Assembly (NCBI GenBank): GCA_038087875.1
Contig: CM075988.1
Coordinates: forward strand, 19,284,001 to 19,348,000
Length of the DNA stretch: 64,000 nucleotides
Source: Malacoraja senta
Lineage: Eukaryota
Direction: 5' to 3'
In this document: one piece after another, positions 50,382-64,000 of the stretch
Layout of the letters: every line of letters starts with the position of its first letter
How positions within the stretch are numbered: position 1 is the first letter of the stretch
The notes under the pieces: model-generated
Databases searched by the model: none
Seen by the model: only the letters and a program-made list of their open reading frames with translations
What the model was told of the DNA's origin: nothing
Position numbers and translations under genes: made by a program

Positions 50382-50715
50382 GAGTCACAGAGTGATACAG
50401 TGTGCAAACAGGCCCTTTGGCCCAATTTGCCCACGCCTGCCAACATGTCCCAGCTACACTAGTCCCACCTGCCTGCATTTGGTCCATATCCCTCCAAACC
50501 TGTCCAATCCATGTCCCTGTCTAACGGTTTCTTAAATATTGGGATAGTCCCTGCCTCAACTACCTCCTCTCGCAGCTTGTTTCATACATCCACCACCCTT
50601 TGTGTGAAAAAGGAACCCCTCAGATCCCTATTAAATATGTTCCCCTTCTCCTTAACCCTATGGAACGCTGGTCCTCGATTCACCTACTTTGGGCAAGATA
50701 TTCTGTGCATCTACC
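50382..50715 (-). mobile_element. CR1 3' fragment inserted in a Penelope unit
   Basis: CR1 3'UTR/C-terminus on -. Confidence 0.75.
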
Positions 50716-50915
50716 TGGACATGGATGGGCGACAATTCAGCTTGGGAAGCTGAGGAAGGGACTCAACCTGAAACGTCACGTATCCATGTCCTCCAGAGAT
50801 GTTGCCTTACCAGCTGAGTTACTCCTGCACATCGTGTCTTATTTATGTAAACCAGCATCTGCAATTATTGTGTCTTCTTTTGCTGGTGATAACTGTTGTT
50901 AGAACATAGAACAAA

Positions 50916-51585
50916 GCAGAATGGATTATCTTCGGAATAACGGAAGATGATCCAGAACTAAATGTGTTTCAAAAGAAATTAATGGACTATGGGTTAATAA
51001 CTGGAAAAAAGCTAATTCTAAAATTTTGGAAGAAGGCTCCAATACCAACTATAAATATGTGGATTTCAAATATGTTTGAAACATTACACCTTGAAGAGAT
51101 AAGACTCCTCCTAGCAGGTAAACCAAATCACTTCCACCTGACGTGGTCTGCATTTATAGAATTATTACAAACATAGGGTGCAAAAGTACTTTAAAAAAAA
51201 TAAAAAATTGAGGTCAGGTAAGGGGGGGTGATAGTTGAAGAGTTGGTATGTCCTATTTACGTGATGCTCAAAAAAAAAAAACATTTGTTTCTCTTTTTTT
51301 CTCTTTCTCTTTTCTTTTCTTAGGGCCTATTTCGTAACTCTTTTTCTTTTTGTTTTTAATTTCGCTCTTATAGGGTCTTCGTCCTTTTTTGTTGTTACAT
51401 TTTCTACACTTTTCTACACTTGCACTTTTTCCTTCACTTTCTTCTCTCTTTCAATCTTTTCTTTTTCTAGTGTAAAAAAATAAATAAAGGGAGTACATTA
51501 ATTGTAAGAAGATATAAATGATGAGTATTAATGTATGTGGTTGTAATGTAATGTACTTCTAATAAATAAAAATTAAAAAAAAAAA
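50916..51585 (+). mobile_element. 5'-truncated copy of the same L1 family
   Basis: Matches L1 29246-29510 C-terminus (TLHLEEIRLLLAGKP..WSAFIELLQ) and 3'UTR; TSD AGAACATAGAACAAA; poly(A). Confidence 0.9.
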
Positions 51586-52309
51586 AGAACATAGAACAAA
51601 AAACAACACAAGAACAGGCCCTTCGACCCACAATGTCTGTACCTAACGTTATGCCATTTTAAGCTAACCCCTTCTCTAAATGGATCTGTTAAACTGCAGC
51701 AAGTAAGAATTTCAATGTTCCAATGCAGATACGTATGACAATTAAACATTTCTAACTCTTGACTCTTGACTTGTTTACACACATGTGGCTGGTTTATACT
51801 GGGGGGACAATGGAATGAGGAGGTGAAGACGTTTACTTACTTTAATTCCAAAGAAAAACTAAAAACACTTGAAAGCAATTCCATTTTAAATTACCTCTCT
51901 GCCACCTCATCATTCTCACAGTTGAATGTGATTTGTACAACATGATTCCCTGCACTAAAGATGAAAATACATTAGCTGAGTAATATTAAGATTTGTGAAC
52001 ATTACTATAATGGCACGAAAACTCATGTAGATATTCTGCATTATGCCTTGTTGGAGCTTTCTATCTACTGACCGAATATTTCCCTTCACATCACACTGTG
52101 CTGAAAATAATTCCATGTTCCAGACATTTACCAATCTATATAAACATTATTAAAATTATATATTTATATCTATAGACACAAAAAGCTGGAGTAATTCAGC
52201 GGGACAGGCAGCATCTCTGGAGAGAAGGAATGCGTGATGTTTCAGATCGAGACCCTTCTTCAGACTGGTTAGGGATAAGGGAAACAAAAGATATAGATGG
52301 TGATATGCA

Positions 52310-52722
<413 letters not shown>

Positions 52723-53204
52723 ATGTTTAGGAGGGAACTGCAGATGCTCGTTAACACCAAAGATAGACACAAAAAGCTGGTGTAACTCACATGGTCAGAC
52801 AGCATCCCTGGAAAAAAGGAATAGAAGAAGGGTCTTGACCCGAAACATCACCTAATCCTTTTCTCCAGAGATGCTGTCTGACCCGCTGAGTTACTCCAGC
52901 TTTTTGTGGTTTTCTGTATGTTATTCTATTAATGGGCCTGTAAAGCTGCAACAAATTAGAATTTAATTCTTCAGTTGCCAGTACATACAACAATTAAATA
53001 CTCGTGACCCCTGACGCTTGAATTCTAAAGTCTTCATCTCGAACTGTATACTTTTCAGAAGGAAGAGATCGCCTGATTCTACTTAAATGGGAACTTTTGC
53101 TCCCAGTTTGTACATGAAGATCAATTGTGGCACCCTACATTGTTTGTGCTTAGCATGGTTACTGCTCAAAGCAAGCTCACAAGTGTGGACCATCAATCAC
53201 CAAA

Positions 53205-53425
53205 TGTCAGCTTGTCTTGGTTGGTAGACTCCTGCCTTTGATTCAGAAGTCTGTTGCTTTAAATGACATTCTTGTACTAAAGTAATATAAAACTTAGTGA
53301 TATAGAAATTGCTACATGGTTTGTTCCACTAAAGCCAGCTTTGCCTATTCAGGTGGGAACAACAAACTCCATGGCACTTTTCAAAGAGCAGAAATTGTAC
53401 ATGAATCGTAGGCAACGTTTCTTTC
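53205..53425 (+). mobile_element. Highly degenerate DeuSINE-like relic
   Basis: TCAGGTGGGAACAACAAACTCCATGGCACTTTTCAAAGAGCAG resembles the recalled Deu domain. Confidence 0.4.
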
Positions 53426-55719
53426 ATGACCACCAATGGAAGATGGAATGATTTACTGTTTGTTTGGAGCAGGTGATCCTAGAACCTCTGGTCCTAGACT
53501 CTCCACCAACGGAAACATCCTTTCCACATCCACTCTATCTATGCCTTTCATTATTCTGTAAGTTTCAATGAGGTTCCCCCTCAACCTTCTAAACTCCAGC
53601 GAGTAGAGGCCCAGTGCCATCAAATGTTCATCATATGCTAACCCACACGTTCCTGGAATCATTCTTGTAAACCTCCTCTGGACCCTCTTGAACCTGGTGA
53701 TCACAGTTTTCAGGCTCCTGTGACATATTTCTGAGAACATGGGTCTTTGATATATTGGCGGCCTTTTTGAGGCAGCGCCTCCTGTAGATCCCATCGATGG
53801 TGGGGAGGACAATACCTGTGATGGACATTTTGGTCAGTGTGGATGAGTGGGGCAAAGGGCTTATTTCCGTGCTGTGTACTGTAATTTTATGGCACTATAA
53901 CCACTTTTGTCAAATGCAGCTGAAGAAAGAGTGATAGAGAACACTTATACATTTGCTTTTCAGAATTGGGTTTGCTATAGATCATTTTCAATGTCTCAGT
54001 TAGTGTTTCAATGGATCATGATTTACTCGTCAAATCAGTAACATTTAGCCTTATGCTGGGGGAATGTCAACTCGATCATTTTTAATGGATAACGCGACCA
54101 ATAATGGCAACATTTAGGCGTGTTAAATTGAAACGTAGAATTGGTGGTGTGCAGAATCTGCCCATTCAACTCGTTTCCGGCAGGGTAAAGATTCCACTGC
54201 CCCCACCCCCTGTAAATTATTTCCACAGTACCCATTTGAAATCACTGATGGACACCGTTTCCGACACTCAGTTGCAGAGAAGGGGAGGAGGGCAGGGAGT
54301 TCACTGGAGGAGGGTCCATGAGGTGCAGGAGAGCAGAAGGGCGACGGTTCATGGGATGACCGGATGCAGACCACGACGGCAACCGGGATTGATGGCCAGC
54401 TGCAGCTGGGGCTGTGATGTGGCACCAAAACCTGGTGACTATTGCATATTGACTCAGTGGGCTATTTATTTGCATTATGTGCTAACCTGGTATTATACTT
54501 ATTTAGATTAGTTTAGAGGTACAGCATGGAAATAGGCCCTTCGGCCCACCTTGTCCGTGCTGACCAGCGATCCCCGCGCACGAATGCTATCCTACACACA
54601 CTAGGGTCAATTTACAATTATACCAAGCCAATTAGCAGACAAACCTGTACGTCTTTGCGGTGTGGAGTATGGAGAACTTATGTACGGCAGTGATGTCACT
54701 GAACTGTATGCAAAAAAAAAGAATCCCATTGGTACACGTGATAATAAAGAACCCATTCAACTATTGAGATTGTCAAGTTCCAAGTCCTTACTACTTCCTG
54801 CATCAAAAATCCTTCCCCTAACTTCACCCTTGAATCATTCCACATCGATTCCAAAGCCATTCTAGAATTTACAGTAAGTTAATTCCACAACATATCAGAT
54901 TTTTTATGCTGCAGATTCTAGTCTCATGAGATCAAACCCATAGTTTTGTTGGTCACTACGAATATTTACAAGTGACTCTTGGATGGGATCTTCATTAACA
55001 TTCACCAAGTAGAATTCAAATCCAGTGGAGAATAATGTTGATCGACTTAAAATGCGGGAGTAACTCAGTGGGGCAAGCAGCATCTCGGGAGAGAAGGAAT
55101 GGGTGACGTTTTGGGTCGAGACCCTCCTTCAGAATTAATGTTGGGCAGTTCCCAGGCCAAGTCAGATCAAACATCAGTGTAATCAAAGGCAATCATTAAT
55201 GATGAATGGCCCAAATTTCAGCCGAGTTAATGCTGCTCAATAATTCCTGAGTTGGGCATATGTTCTATTGACGTTATTGGATTTCTTGGATACGTGTATT
55301 TCTTGGATACGTGTTACGCAGGTTAATTAAGTTATCAATTACAAGCTGCCTGTACATTACCCCAATAATATTTCAACTAAGACACCAGGAACTGATTATG
55401 CTGAATTCTTGAGCAAATATGAAAGCACTAGAGGAACTCAGCAGGTGAGGCAGCATCTGTGGAGATAAATTAAGCTGAACAGGGTCCCGACCCGAAATGT
55501 CGTTTGTCCATTTCCCGCCTCAAATGCTGCCTGACCCGTTGAGTTCATCCAGCACTTTATGGTTTGCTCAATATTTCAATTAGGTCTTGAATTCCTGGTA
55601 AGCGCAATGTATGGTATAATGATCTCCGAGACACCAGGAGCTTGTGTGTGCACTGTATTGCAAACAAACCACAATCAACATATGTGCTTATGTCACACAT
55701 ATGAGGAAACCATTGTCAT

Positions 55720-58710
55720 AGACAAATCCAGGGCAAAAATCAAAAAGGGCCACTTTTCAACATAATTGTATAAGGGGTAAGAGTGTTGTAAAAACAAGCC
55801 TGAAGGCTTTGTGTCTCAATGCAAGGAGCATTCGTAATAAGGTGGATGAGTTCAATGTGCTGATAGCTATTAATGACTATGATATAGTTGGGATCACGGA
55901 GACATGGCTCCAGGGTAACCAAGGCTGGGAGCTGAACATCCAGGGATATTCAATATTCAGGAGGGATAGACAGAAAGGGAAAGGAGGTGGGGTAGCGTTG
56001 CTGGTTAGAGAGCAGATTAACGCAATAGAAAGGAAGGACATTAGCTTGGAGGATGTGGAATCGATATGGGTAGAGCTGCGAAACACTAAGGGGCAGAAAA
56101 CGCTACTGGGAGTTGTGTACAGGCCACCTAACAGTAGTAGTGGAGTTGGGGATGGCATCAAACAGGAAATTGGAAATGCGTGCAACAAAGGTAAAACAGT
56201 TATAATGGGTGACTTCAATCTACTTATAGATTGGGTGAATCAAATTGGCAAGGGTGCTGAGGAAGAGGATTTCTTGGAATGTATGCGGGATAGTTTTCTA
56301 AACCACCATGTAGAGGAACCAACAAGAGAGCAGGCTATTCTAGATTGGGTATTGAGTAATGAGGAAGGGTTAGTTAGCAGTCTTGTTGTGCGTGGCCCCT
56401 TGGGCAAGAGTGACCATAATATGGTTGAGTTCTTCATTAGGATGGAGAGTGACATTGTTAATTCAGAAACAAGGGTCCTGAACTTAAAGAAAGGTAACTT
56501 TGAGGGTATGAGAAGTGAATTGGCCAAGATAGACTAGCAATTGATTCTTAATGGGTTGACGGTAGATATGCAATGGAAGGCATTTAAAGACTGCATGGAT
56601 GAACTACAACAATTGTTCATCCCAGTTTGCGAAAAAAATAAATCAAGAAAAGTAGTGCATCCATGGATAACAAGGAAAATCAGGGATAGTATCAAAACAA
56701 AAGATGAAGCGTAGAAATTAGCCAGATAAAGCAGCCTACCAGAGGACTGGGAGAAATTCAGTCCTGCAGAGGAGAACAAAGGGCTTAATTAGGAAAGGGA
56801 AAATAGATTATGAAAGAAAACTGGCAGGGAACATAAAAACTGACTGCAAAAGCTTTTATAGATATGTGAAGAGAAAAAGATCAATTAAAACAAATGTAGG
56901 TCCCTTGCAGTCAGAAACAGGTGAATTGATCATGGGGAACAAGGACATGGCAGACCAATTGAAAAACTACTTTGGTTCTGTCTTCACTGAGGAAGACATA
57001 AATAATCTGCCGGAAATAGCAGGGGACCGGGGGTCAAATGAGATGGAGGAACAGAGTGCAATCCAGGTTAGCCGGGAAGTGGTGTTAGGTAAATTGAATA
57101 GATTAAAGGCCGATAAATCCCCAGGGCCAGATAGGCTGCGTCCCAGAGTACTTAAGGAAGTAGCCCAGAAATTGTGGATGCATTGGTGATAATTTTTCAA
57201 AACTCTTTAGATTCTGGAGTAGTTCCTGAGGATTGGAGGGTAGCTAATGTAACTCCACTTTTTAAAAAGGGAGGGAGAGAGAAAACGGGGAATTACTGAC
57301 CAGTTAGTCTAACGTCGGTAGTGGGGAAACTGCTAGAATCAGTTATTAAAGATGGCATAGCAGCACATTTGGAAATTGGTGAAATCAATCGACAAAGTCA
57401 GCATGCATTTATGAAAGGTAAATCATGTCTGACGAATCTTATAAAAATTTTCGAGGATGTAACTAGTAGAGTGGATAAGGGAGAACCAGTGGATGTGTTA
57501 TATCTGGGCTTTCAAAAGGCTTTCGACAACGTCCCACATAAGAGATTAGTATACAAACTTAAAGCACACGGTATTGGGGATTCAGTATTGATGTGGATAG
57601 AGAACTGGCTGGCAGACAGGAAGCAAAGAGTAGGAGTAAACGGGTCCTTTTCACAATGGCAGGCAGTGACTAGTGGGGTACCGCAAGGCTCAGTGCTGGG
57701 ACCCCAGCTATTTACGATATATATTAATGATTTGGACGAGGGAATTGAATGCAACATCTCCAAGTTTGCGGATGACACGAAGCTGGGGGGCAGTGTTAGC
57801 TGTGAGGAGGATGCTCAGAGGCTGCAAGGTGACTTGGATAGGCTGGGTGAGTGGGCAAATGCATGGCAGATGCAGTATAATGTGGATAAATGTGAGGTTA
57901 TCCACTTTGGTGCCAAAAACAGGAAAGTAGACTATTATCTGAATGGTGGCCGATTAGGAAAAGGGGAGATGCAACGAGACCTGGGTGTCATGGTACACCA
58001 GTCATTAAAAGTAGGCATGCAGGTGCAGCAGGCAGTGAAGAAGGCGAATGGTATGTTAGCATTCATAGCAAAAGGATTTGAGTATAGGAGCAGGGAGGTT
58101 CTACTGCAGTTGTACAGGGTCTTGGTGAGACCACACCTGGAGTATTGCGTACAGTTTTGGTCTCCTAATCTGAGGAAAGACATTCTTGCCATGGAGGGAG
58201 TACAGAGAAGATTCACCAGACTGATTCCTGGGATGTCAGGACTTTCATAAGAAGAAAGACTGGATAGACTCGGTTTGTACTCGCTAGAATTTAGAAGATT
58301 GAGGGGGGATCTTATAGAAACGTACAAAATTCTTAAGGGGTTGGACAGGCTAGATGCAGGAAGATTGTTCCTGATGTTGGGGAAGTCCAGAACAAGGGGT
58401 CACAGTTTAAGGATAAGGGGGAAATCTTTTAGGACCGAGATGAGGAAAACATTTTTCACACAGAGAGTGGTGAATCTCTGGAATTCTCTCCCACAGAAGG
58501 TAGTTGAGGCCAGTTCATTGGCTATATTTAAGAGGGAGTTAGATGTGGCCCTTGTGGCTAAAGGGATCAGGGGGTATGGAGAGAAAGCAGGTACAGGATA
58601 CTGAGTTGGATGATCAGCCATGATCATATCGAATGGCGGTGCAGGCTCGAAGGGTCGAATGGCCTACTCCTGCACCTATTTTCTATGTTTCTATCTTTCT
58701 ATGTTTCTAT
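55720..58710 (+). mobile_element. CR1 LINE with near-complete ORF2, 5' truncated (start approximate)
   Basis: EN + RT, 3'UTR and (TTTCTATG)n tail. Confidence 0.92.
55800..58604 (+). pseudogene. CR1 ORF2 (APE endonuclease + RT) with stops and frameshifts
   Basis: CLNARSIRNK, GITETW, MGDFN, SDHN; KSPGPD, SGVPQGSVLGP, KFADD. Confidence 0.92.
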
Positions 58711-59580
58711 AGGTAGACATACTTACATGCAAATATACCATATGATTTTGACAGTTTCTACTGTCACAAATGTCCAATAAGGAGGATTTTTTAAAATCCT
58801 TATTCATTCCAGCTTACATGTGACTTCAGATCCACATCAATGTGGTTAACTATTAACTGCCCTCTGAAAGCCACATTAGGAGTAAAAAGACAAAATGGCA
58901 TAAGGTGAGAGGGGCAAAGTTTAAAGGAGATGTGCAGAGCAAATTGTTTTCACACGCAGGGTGATGAGTTTCTGGAACAAGCTGCAGGAGGAGGTAGTTG
59001 AGGCAGGTACTATAACAACATTTAAAATACATTTGGACAGGTACATGGATAGGAAAAAGGTTCAGAGTGATATGGGCCCTGGAAACTAGACTAGCTTAAA
59101 TGAGGCATCTTGGACAAGTTGGGCCAAAGGGCCTTTTACCGTGCTGTGTGACTCCATTAGTCACTTAAACATTGAGCTGCAGGCTGACAAATCCTGCCAA
59201 CTAAAGAGGCAGAAAATTAAACAGGCAAAAAATGTAATATTGTTTTTTCTTAAATTAAAGGAGTAAATTAAAACAGTGAGAAACAAAGAATATTTATTGC
59301 GACATCCTGAGAACACAAGGAAAATAATTGGTTGCTAAAGTAACAGCGTGTTCTATTATTAATCAAAATATCTATCTAATTCCCACTTATCCGCAGAATT
59401 CTTTGTAGATGGGTTTCAATCTGAAGTGTCATTTTCTCAGTTGCTGGAAACAAGCTCCCCTGCATTACACTAAGTGATGTTGGCAGTTTGCCCATCATCT
59501 GGTTGAGAAGCCCATTCTTTAATCTATTTTGTGACCTCCACGTATTCAAATGCCATTCTCATTCCAGTCTGACATTTGGA

Positions 59581-59795
59581 TGTTAAAGTGGTGTGGAAGT
59601 GAGGGCTCAACGTTGCTTTATAAGCGCGAGATAGGCAGGTGTAATCTGCGACTCAGTCACCAGTTGGATCGCACACACTAGCATTACATCTGATCACATT
59701 GTAGGCTGACGCAGAAATGTGCACCTTAAGTCTGAGTCGAGTATGCAATAAAGCTCGAGAAAATCCGACTGAATGTGGTGTTGTACACATCAACA
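59581..59795 (+). mobile_element. Possible short solo LTR
   Basis: TGTT...AACA ends with TTTATAA and AATAAA inside, but no TSD found. Confidence 0.3.
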
Positions 59796-59837
59796 TCTCG
59801 AGCTAAACATCCTGTCGGGAAGACCTGTGGCATGCCC

Positions 59838-60157
59838 AGAGTGGGGGAATCGAGAACCAGAAGGGTATCGGTTTAAGGTGAAGGGGGAAAGATTTTCTAG
59901 GACTCTGAGTAACTTTTTCATGCAAAGGTATGATGGGCAACTGGAAAGAGCTGCCGGAGGAGGTAGTTGAGGCAGGGACTATCGCAATGTTTAAGAAGCA
60001 ATTAGATATGTACATGGATAGGGCAGGTTTAGAGGGATATGGGACAAACACAGGCAAGTGGGACTAGTGTACATGGGACGTTGGTGAGTTGGGCATGTTT
60101 GGCTGAAGGGCATGTTTCCACACTGTATTGCTCTATGACTCTATGAATCTCTATGAC
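59838..60157 (+). mobile_element. CR1 LINE 3' fragment
   Basis: RFKVKGERF..; (CTATGACT) tail. Confidence 0.75.
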
Positions 60158-60512
60158 TATGTGTGCACAGATGGCAGGAGGGGGTGAGATGCCCGCTAAT
60201 AGAAAATACAGAAAGCACAAAGCAAGGAGGTTACGGTGATTCATTCTAAAAAAAAAATTTAAAGAATAATTTGAATATTCCGGTCACCAGCCTGAAGGAA
60301 GTGTGTAAAAGCACTCGGAAAATATAGAAATGATATTGTGAAAAGGTGGCACACAAAACTGAAATCTTGATCAATAATCGATCGCTGGAGGAACTCAATG
60401 GGTCAGGCAGCATCTGTGGAGGGAATGGACAGACTGAAGAAGGAGTTTGTACGTTCTCCCTGTGACCGCGTGGGTTTTTTCCAAGATCTTCGGTTTCCTC
60501 CCACACTCCAAA

Positions 60513-61296
60513 GAAACGTAGAAACATAGAAACATAGAAAGGTGCAGGAGGAGGCCATTCGGCCCTTCGAGCCAGCACCGCCATTCATTGTTATCATGGC
60601 TGATCGTCCCCAATCAATAAGCCGTGCCTGCCTTCTCCCCATATCCCTTGATTCAACTAGCCCCTAGAGCTCTATCTAACTCTCTCTTAAATCCATCCAG
60701 TGATTTGGCCTCCACTGCCCTCTGTGGCAGGGAATTCCACAAATTCACAACTCTCTGGGTGAAAACGTTTTTTCTCACCTCAGTCTTAAATGGCCTACCC
60801 TTTATTCTAAGACTGTGGTCCCTGGTTCTGGACTTGCCCAACATTGGGAACATTTTTCCTGCAGCTAGCTTGTCCAGTCCTTTTATAATTTTAGATGTTT
60901 CTATAAGATTCCCCCTCATCCTTCTAAACTCCAGTGAATACAAGCCTAGTCTTTTCAATCTTTCCTCGTATGACAGTCCCGCCATCCCAGGGATCAATCT
61001 CGTGAACCTACGCTGCACTGCCTCAATCACAAGGATGTCCTTCCTCAAATTAGACCAAAACTGTACACAATACGCCAGATGTGGTCTTACCAGAGTCCTA
61101 TAGAACTGCAGAAGAACCTCTTTACTCCTATACTGAAATCCTCTTGTTATGAAGGCCAACATTCCATTAGCTTTCTTCACTGCCTGTTGTACCTGCACGC
61201 CAACTTTCAGTGACCGGTGTACAAGGACACCCAGGTCTCGCTGCACCTTCCCCTTACCTAACCTAACCCCATTGAGATAATAATCTGCCCCCTTGA
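60513..61296 (-). mobile_element. CR1 3' fragment inserted in a V-SINE (60443-61444)
   Basis: ORF 60653..61246, RT C-terminal region; (CATAGAAA)n tail on +. Confidence 0.88.
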
Positions 61297-62034
61297 GATA
61301 ATAAGGTTTGTAGGTTAATTGGCTTGGTAAATGTAAAAATTGTCCCTAGAGTGTGTAGGATAAAGTTAACATGCGGGCAATGGTGGTCGGTGCGGAAGGG
61401 CCCGTTTCTGCACTGTATCTCTAAACTAAACTAAACTAAACTAATACATTAAGACATTTGGAGAGATTTATGGATCGGAAGGGTTTAAAGAGCTATAGCC
61501 CACATGCAGACAAAAGAGACTAGCCTAGTAATCCAATTTGGTTGGCATGGACTGTGTGGGCCAAAGGGCTTGTTTCCATTCTGTGCAGTTCTATGACTCT
61601 AAATGCCATATAATTCCACACTTCCAGAGGACTGGCAGTCAAATTGTATTTGTATCTCCACAGAGAGCATTGTATAAACTCTGGAGGCATTTCCTTTTTA
61701 ATGTTGGCAACAGATGATGGTCTAATTCTCACCTCTACCCCATGATCAATTTTCACTGTACCTTAATTGGTACATGTGACAATAAACTGACCTTGACCTT
61801 GATCTGCACAATCCAGTCAAGATCAATATAAGAGTTCAGTTCAGATGGAGATAAGATCTGAGATGGCAATTTCTGGGATCATTTCACTCGTCATCATTCT
61901 GTACAGGAGGCCTTCGCAAAAATCAATGATGAATTGGGCTGTCATTTTTATTCACAGCTGAGTTGGACTGCTACAAGGGGAAGGTCCGTGATGGGGGCTG
62001 AAAATCTACAGTGATGTTTTCACATCGGGAACTA

Positions 62035-62590
62035 GTGCCTGAGGTAGAGCTGCTGCCTCACAGCACCAGAGACCCAGGTTCGATCCTGACCTCTGGTGTT
62101 GTCTATGTGGAGTTTGCAATTTTTCACTGTGGCCACGTAGGTTTATTCCTTGTGCTTCGGTTTCCTCCCACATCCCAAAGTCGTACGGGTTTGTAGGAAA
62201 CTAGAGAGCTACTGAGCTACTACCTACCTCGTTGTAGACCCTCAGACTCTGATTGGACTTTACTGGACTTTATCTTGCACCAATCATCATCATTCACGTT
62301 ATTCCCTTTATCATGTATCTGTACACTGTGGATGGGCTGATTACAATTATATATTGTCTTTCCACTGACTGGTTAGCACGCAACAAAAGGTTTGCACTGT
62401 ACCTCGGTATATGTAACAATAAATTAAATAAACTAAACTAAACTGGGTTAATTGGCCTCTTAAAAAATGTCCCCTAGTGTGTAGTGAGTGGATAACATAG
62501 AACTAGTGTGAACGGGTGATCAATGGTCAGCGTGGCTCTCGATGGGCCGAAGTGTGTATTTCCATGTTGTGAATTTCAATCAATCAATCT
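62035..62590 (+). mobile_element. V-SINE with a nested LINE tail (~62198-62443)
   Basis: Head and V-domain, resuming at GGTTAATTGGC. Confidence 0.7.
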
Positions 62591-63017
62591 GTTAGAATAT
62601 TCCTTTCTCTTTGACTAAAAATGTTTCCCAATTTTGGATAATAACCAACTCGTTCAAATCCGGACATCACAGGTAGAAGTTGAACATTGCTCCCCTGCTA
62701 CACATATTCAAACTTTGTGAAATAATGTTTTGTTTTTGGAAGTTTGAAGATCTGGGTGGCAGGCTTTTCAAATGCAAGGCTGTGTTGAAGAACATAATTA
62801 ATTTACGGGCTTTGAAGGAAGATTATCTGATATGTAGTGTTGTGCCATCTGCTGTACAAAGGAGTGTAAGGTTTGGAAGAAACAGATTTCTCTGCCAGGG
62901 AGTGCTAATGAAAGTCTGTTTGAGAAAGGAAGCAGGTATCCGTCAGCCTATTTACCGAAGCATCAGGATTTCTCGGGCTACGTGCTGAGAATTCTGATCA
63001 TAACTTTTCTTCTGTAG

Positions 63018-63081
63018 TTGAGAAGAGAAAATCTCTTGGCAGAGATCAAAAACAATTGTCTAGTCCTGATAAAAAAAAAAG
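63018..63081 (+). CDS. Candidate 64-nt exon of an unidentified host gene
   Basis: CTTTTCTTCTGTAG acceptor, AAG|GTAAAG donor, frame EKRKSLGRDQKQLSSPDKKK. Confidence 0.25.
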
Positions 63082-63439
63082 GTAAAGCAGTATCGATGCT
63101 GGAAATCTGCAATGGGGTCAAAAAGGGTTGGAAGCACTGTGAAGACCAGGCACCATCTGTGGAGAGAGGAGCAGGGTCAAGGGTATACTGGCAATGGAAC
63201 AATGTCATTCTTATTTGCTTCAGATACATATATAAAGATCAAAAATACAATGAATTCATAACCGTAACACTAGGTAAGCATAATAAAGCAGAACTGAAGT
63301 CTGTAGTGCAATCAAAGACTCAGTACACAGTACATAGTTGCGGAGGTTAGTGTTGTGCAGTGTTCAAGAGCCTGATCTTTGCTGGGAAGAAGCTGTGCTT
63401 CAACCTGCTGGTCTGGACTGTTTATAAAATTGTGCCATT

Positions 63440-63760
63440 GACACCTTGCATTTGGAAAAAATAAGATTTGTCTTAATTGACAAACCAGAATTATTTGTTA
63501 GAATGTGGTCTCCATTTATTGAATTCTTAAAAAAGTGAATTGGTTTAACACAAAATCAGGGTTGAAACTTGAGTTTGGGATTGGATGAATAATTATACTC
63601 AACATCTCCTGGATCTATCTCCACAATCTTGTTATATGTAATTTCTTTTTTCATCTTCTTTTTCTCTCTTAGTTTATAGTTTCTCTTTTTTTTTTTTTAA
63701 GAAATCTGTAATTAAATTGTCGATTACTATTATTGTATACATGCCTCTCATCTTAAATCT
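63440..63760 (+). mobile_element. Divergent L1 ORF2 C-terminus / 3'UTR fragment
   Basis: TLHLEKIRFVLIDKPELFVRMWSPFIEFLKK* parallels the end of the L1 ORF2. Confidence 0.7.
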
Positions 63761-64000
63761 ATGCCGTCTCATTGTGGAATCCGCTATCCTGGAAAAAAGA
63801 ACTGTATCCACCTTCTCCCCATAACCCCTGATCAGGTGTCAGGGGTTATGGGGAGAAGGGAGGAGAATGGGGTTAGGGGGGGAAAGATAGATTAGCCATG
63901 ATTGAATGGCGGAGTAGACTTGATGGGCCGAATGGCCTAATTCTGCTCCCATACCTGATGACCTTATGGCCTTATCCATGCTTCTCAAAAGATCACCCTT

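Noticed and set aside
55809..58604. CR1 ORF2 as an active or domesticated gene
   Set aside because: In-frame stops (e.g. 56535, 58248), frameshifts and no ORF1/5'UTR.

Overview
Vertebrate nuclear DNA, almost certainly from a cartilaginous fish (skate/ray-like). The evidence is HE1-type V-SINEs sharing a 3' tail with CR1 LINEs, plus SacSINE/Deu-like relics. The window is a repeat-dense intronic or intergenic region with a 200-N assembly gap. No intact cellular CDS, rRNA, tRNA gene or CRISPR array is recognisable; nearly all listed ORFs are transposon debris or spurious. Main contents: a full-length, frameshifted ~6.2 kb L1 with a 15-bp TSD (28854-35038, -); a CR1 with near-complete ORF2 (~55720-58710, +) and many CR1 3' fragments; Rex1/Babar LINE fragments; ~18 V-SINEs; >20 Penelope-derived segments carrying minimal hammerhead-ribozyme motifs; two inverted non-autonomous Helitrons with minisatellites and a Pol II promoter module; four Harbinger-type MITEs; a Tc1 fragment; a TIR element with a 7-bp TSD; two solo LTRs; and a complete 577-bp TRIM-like mini LTR retroelement whose tRNA-Leu primer-binding site extends to ~35 nt. 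Three short + strand candidate exons of an unidentified host gene are flagged at low confidence. Family names come from recalled motifs, not database searches; many boundaries are approximate.
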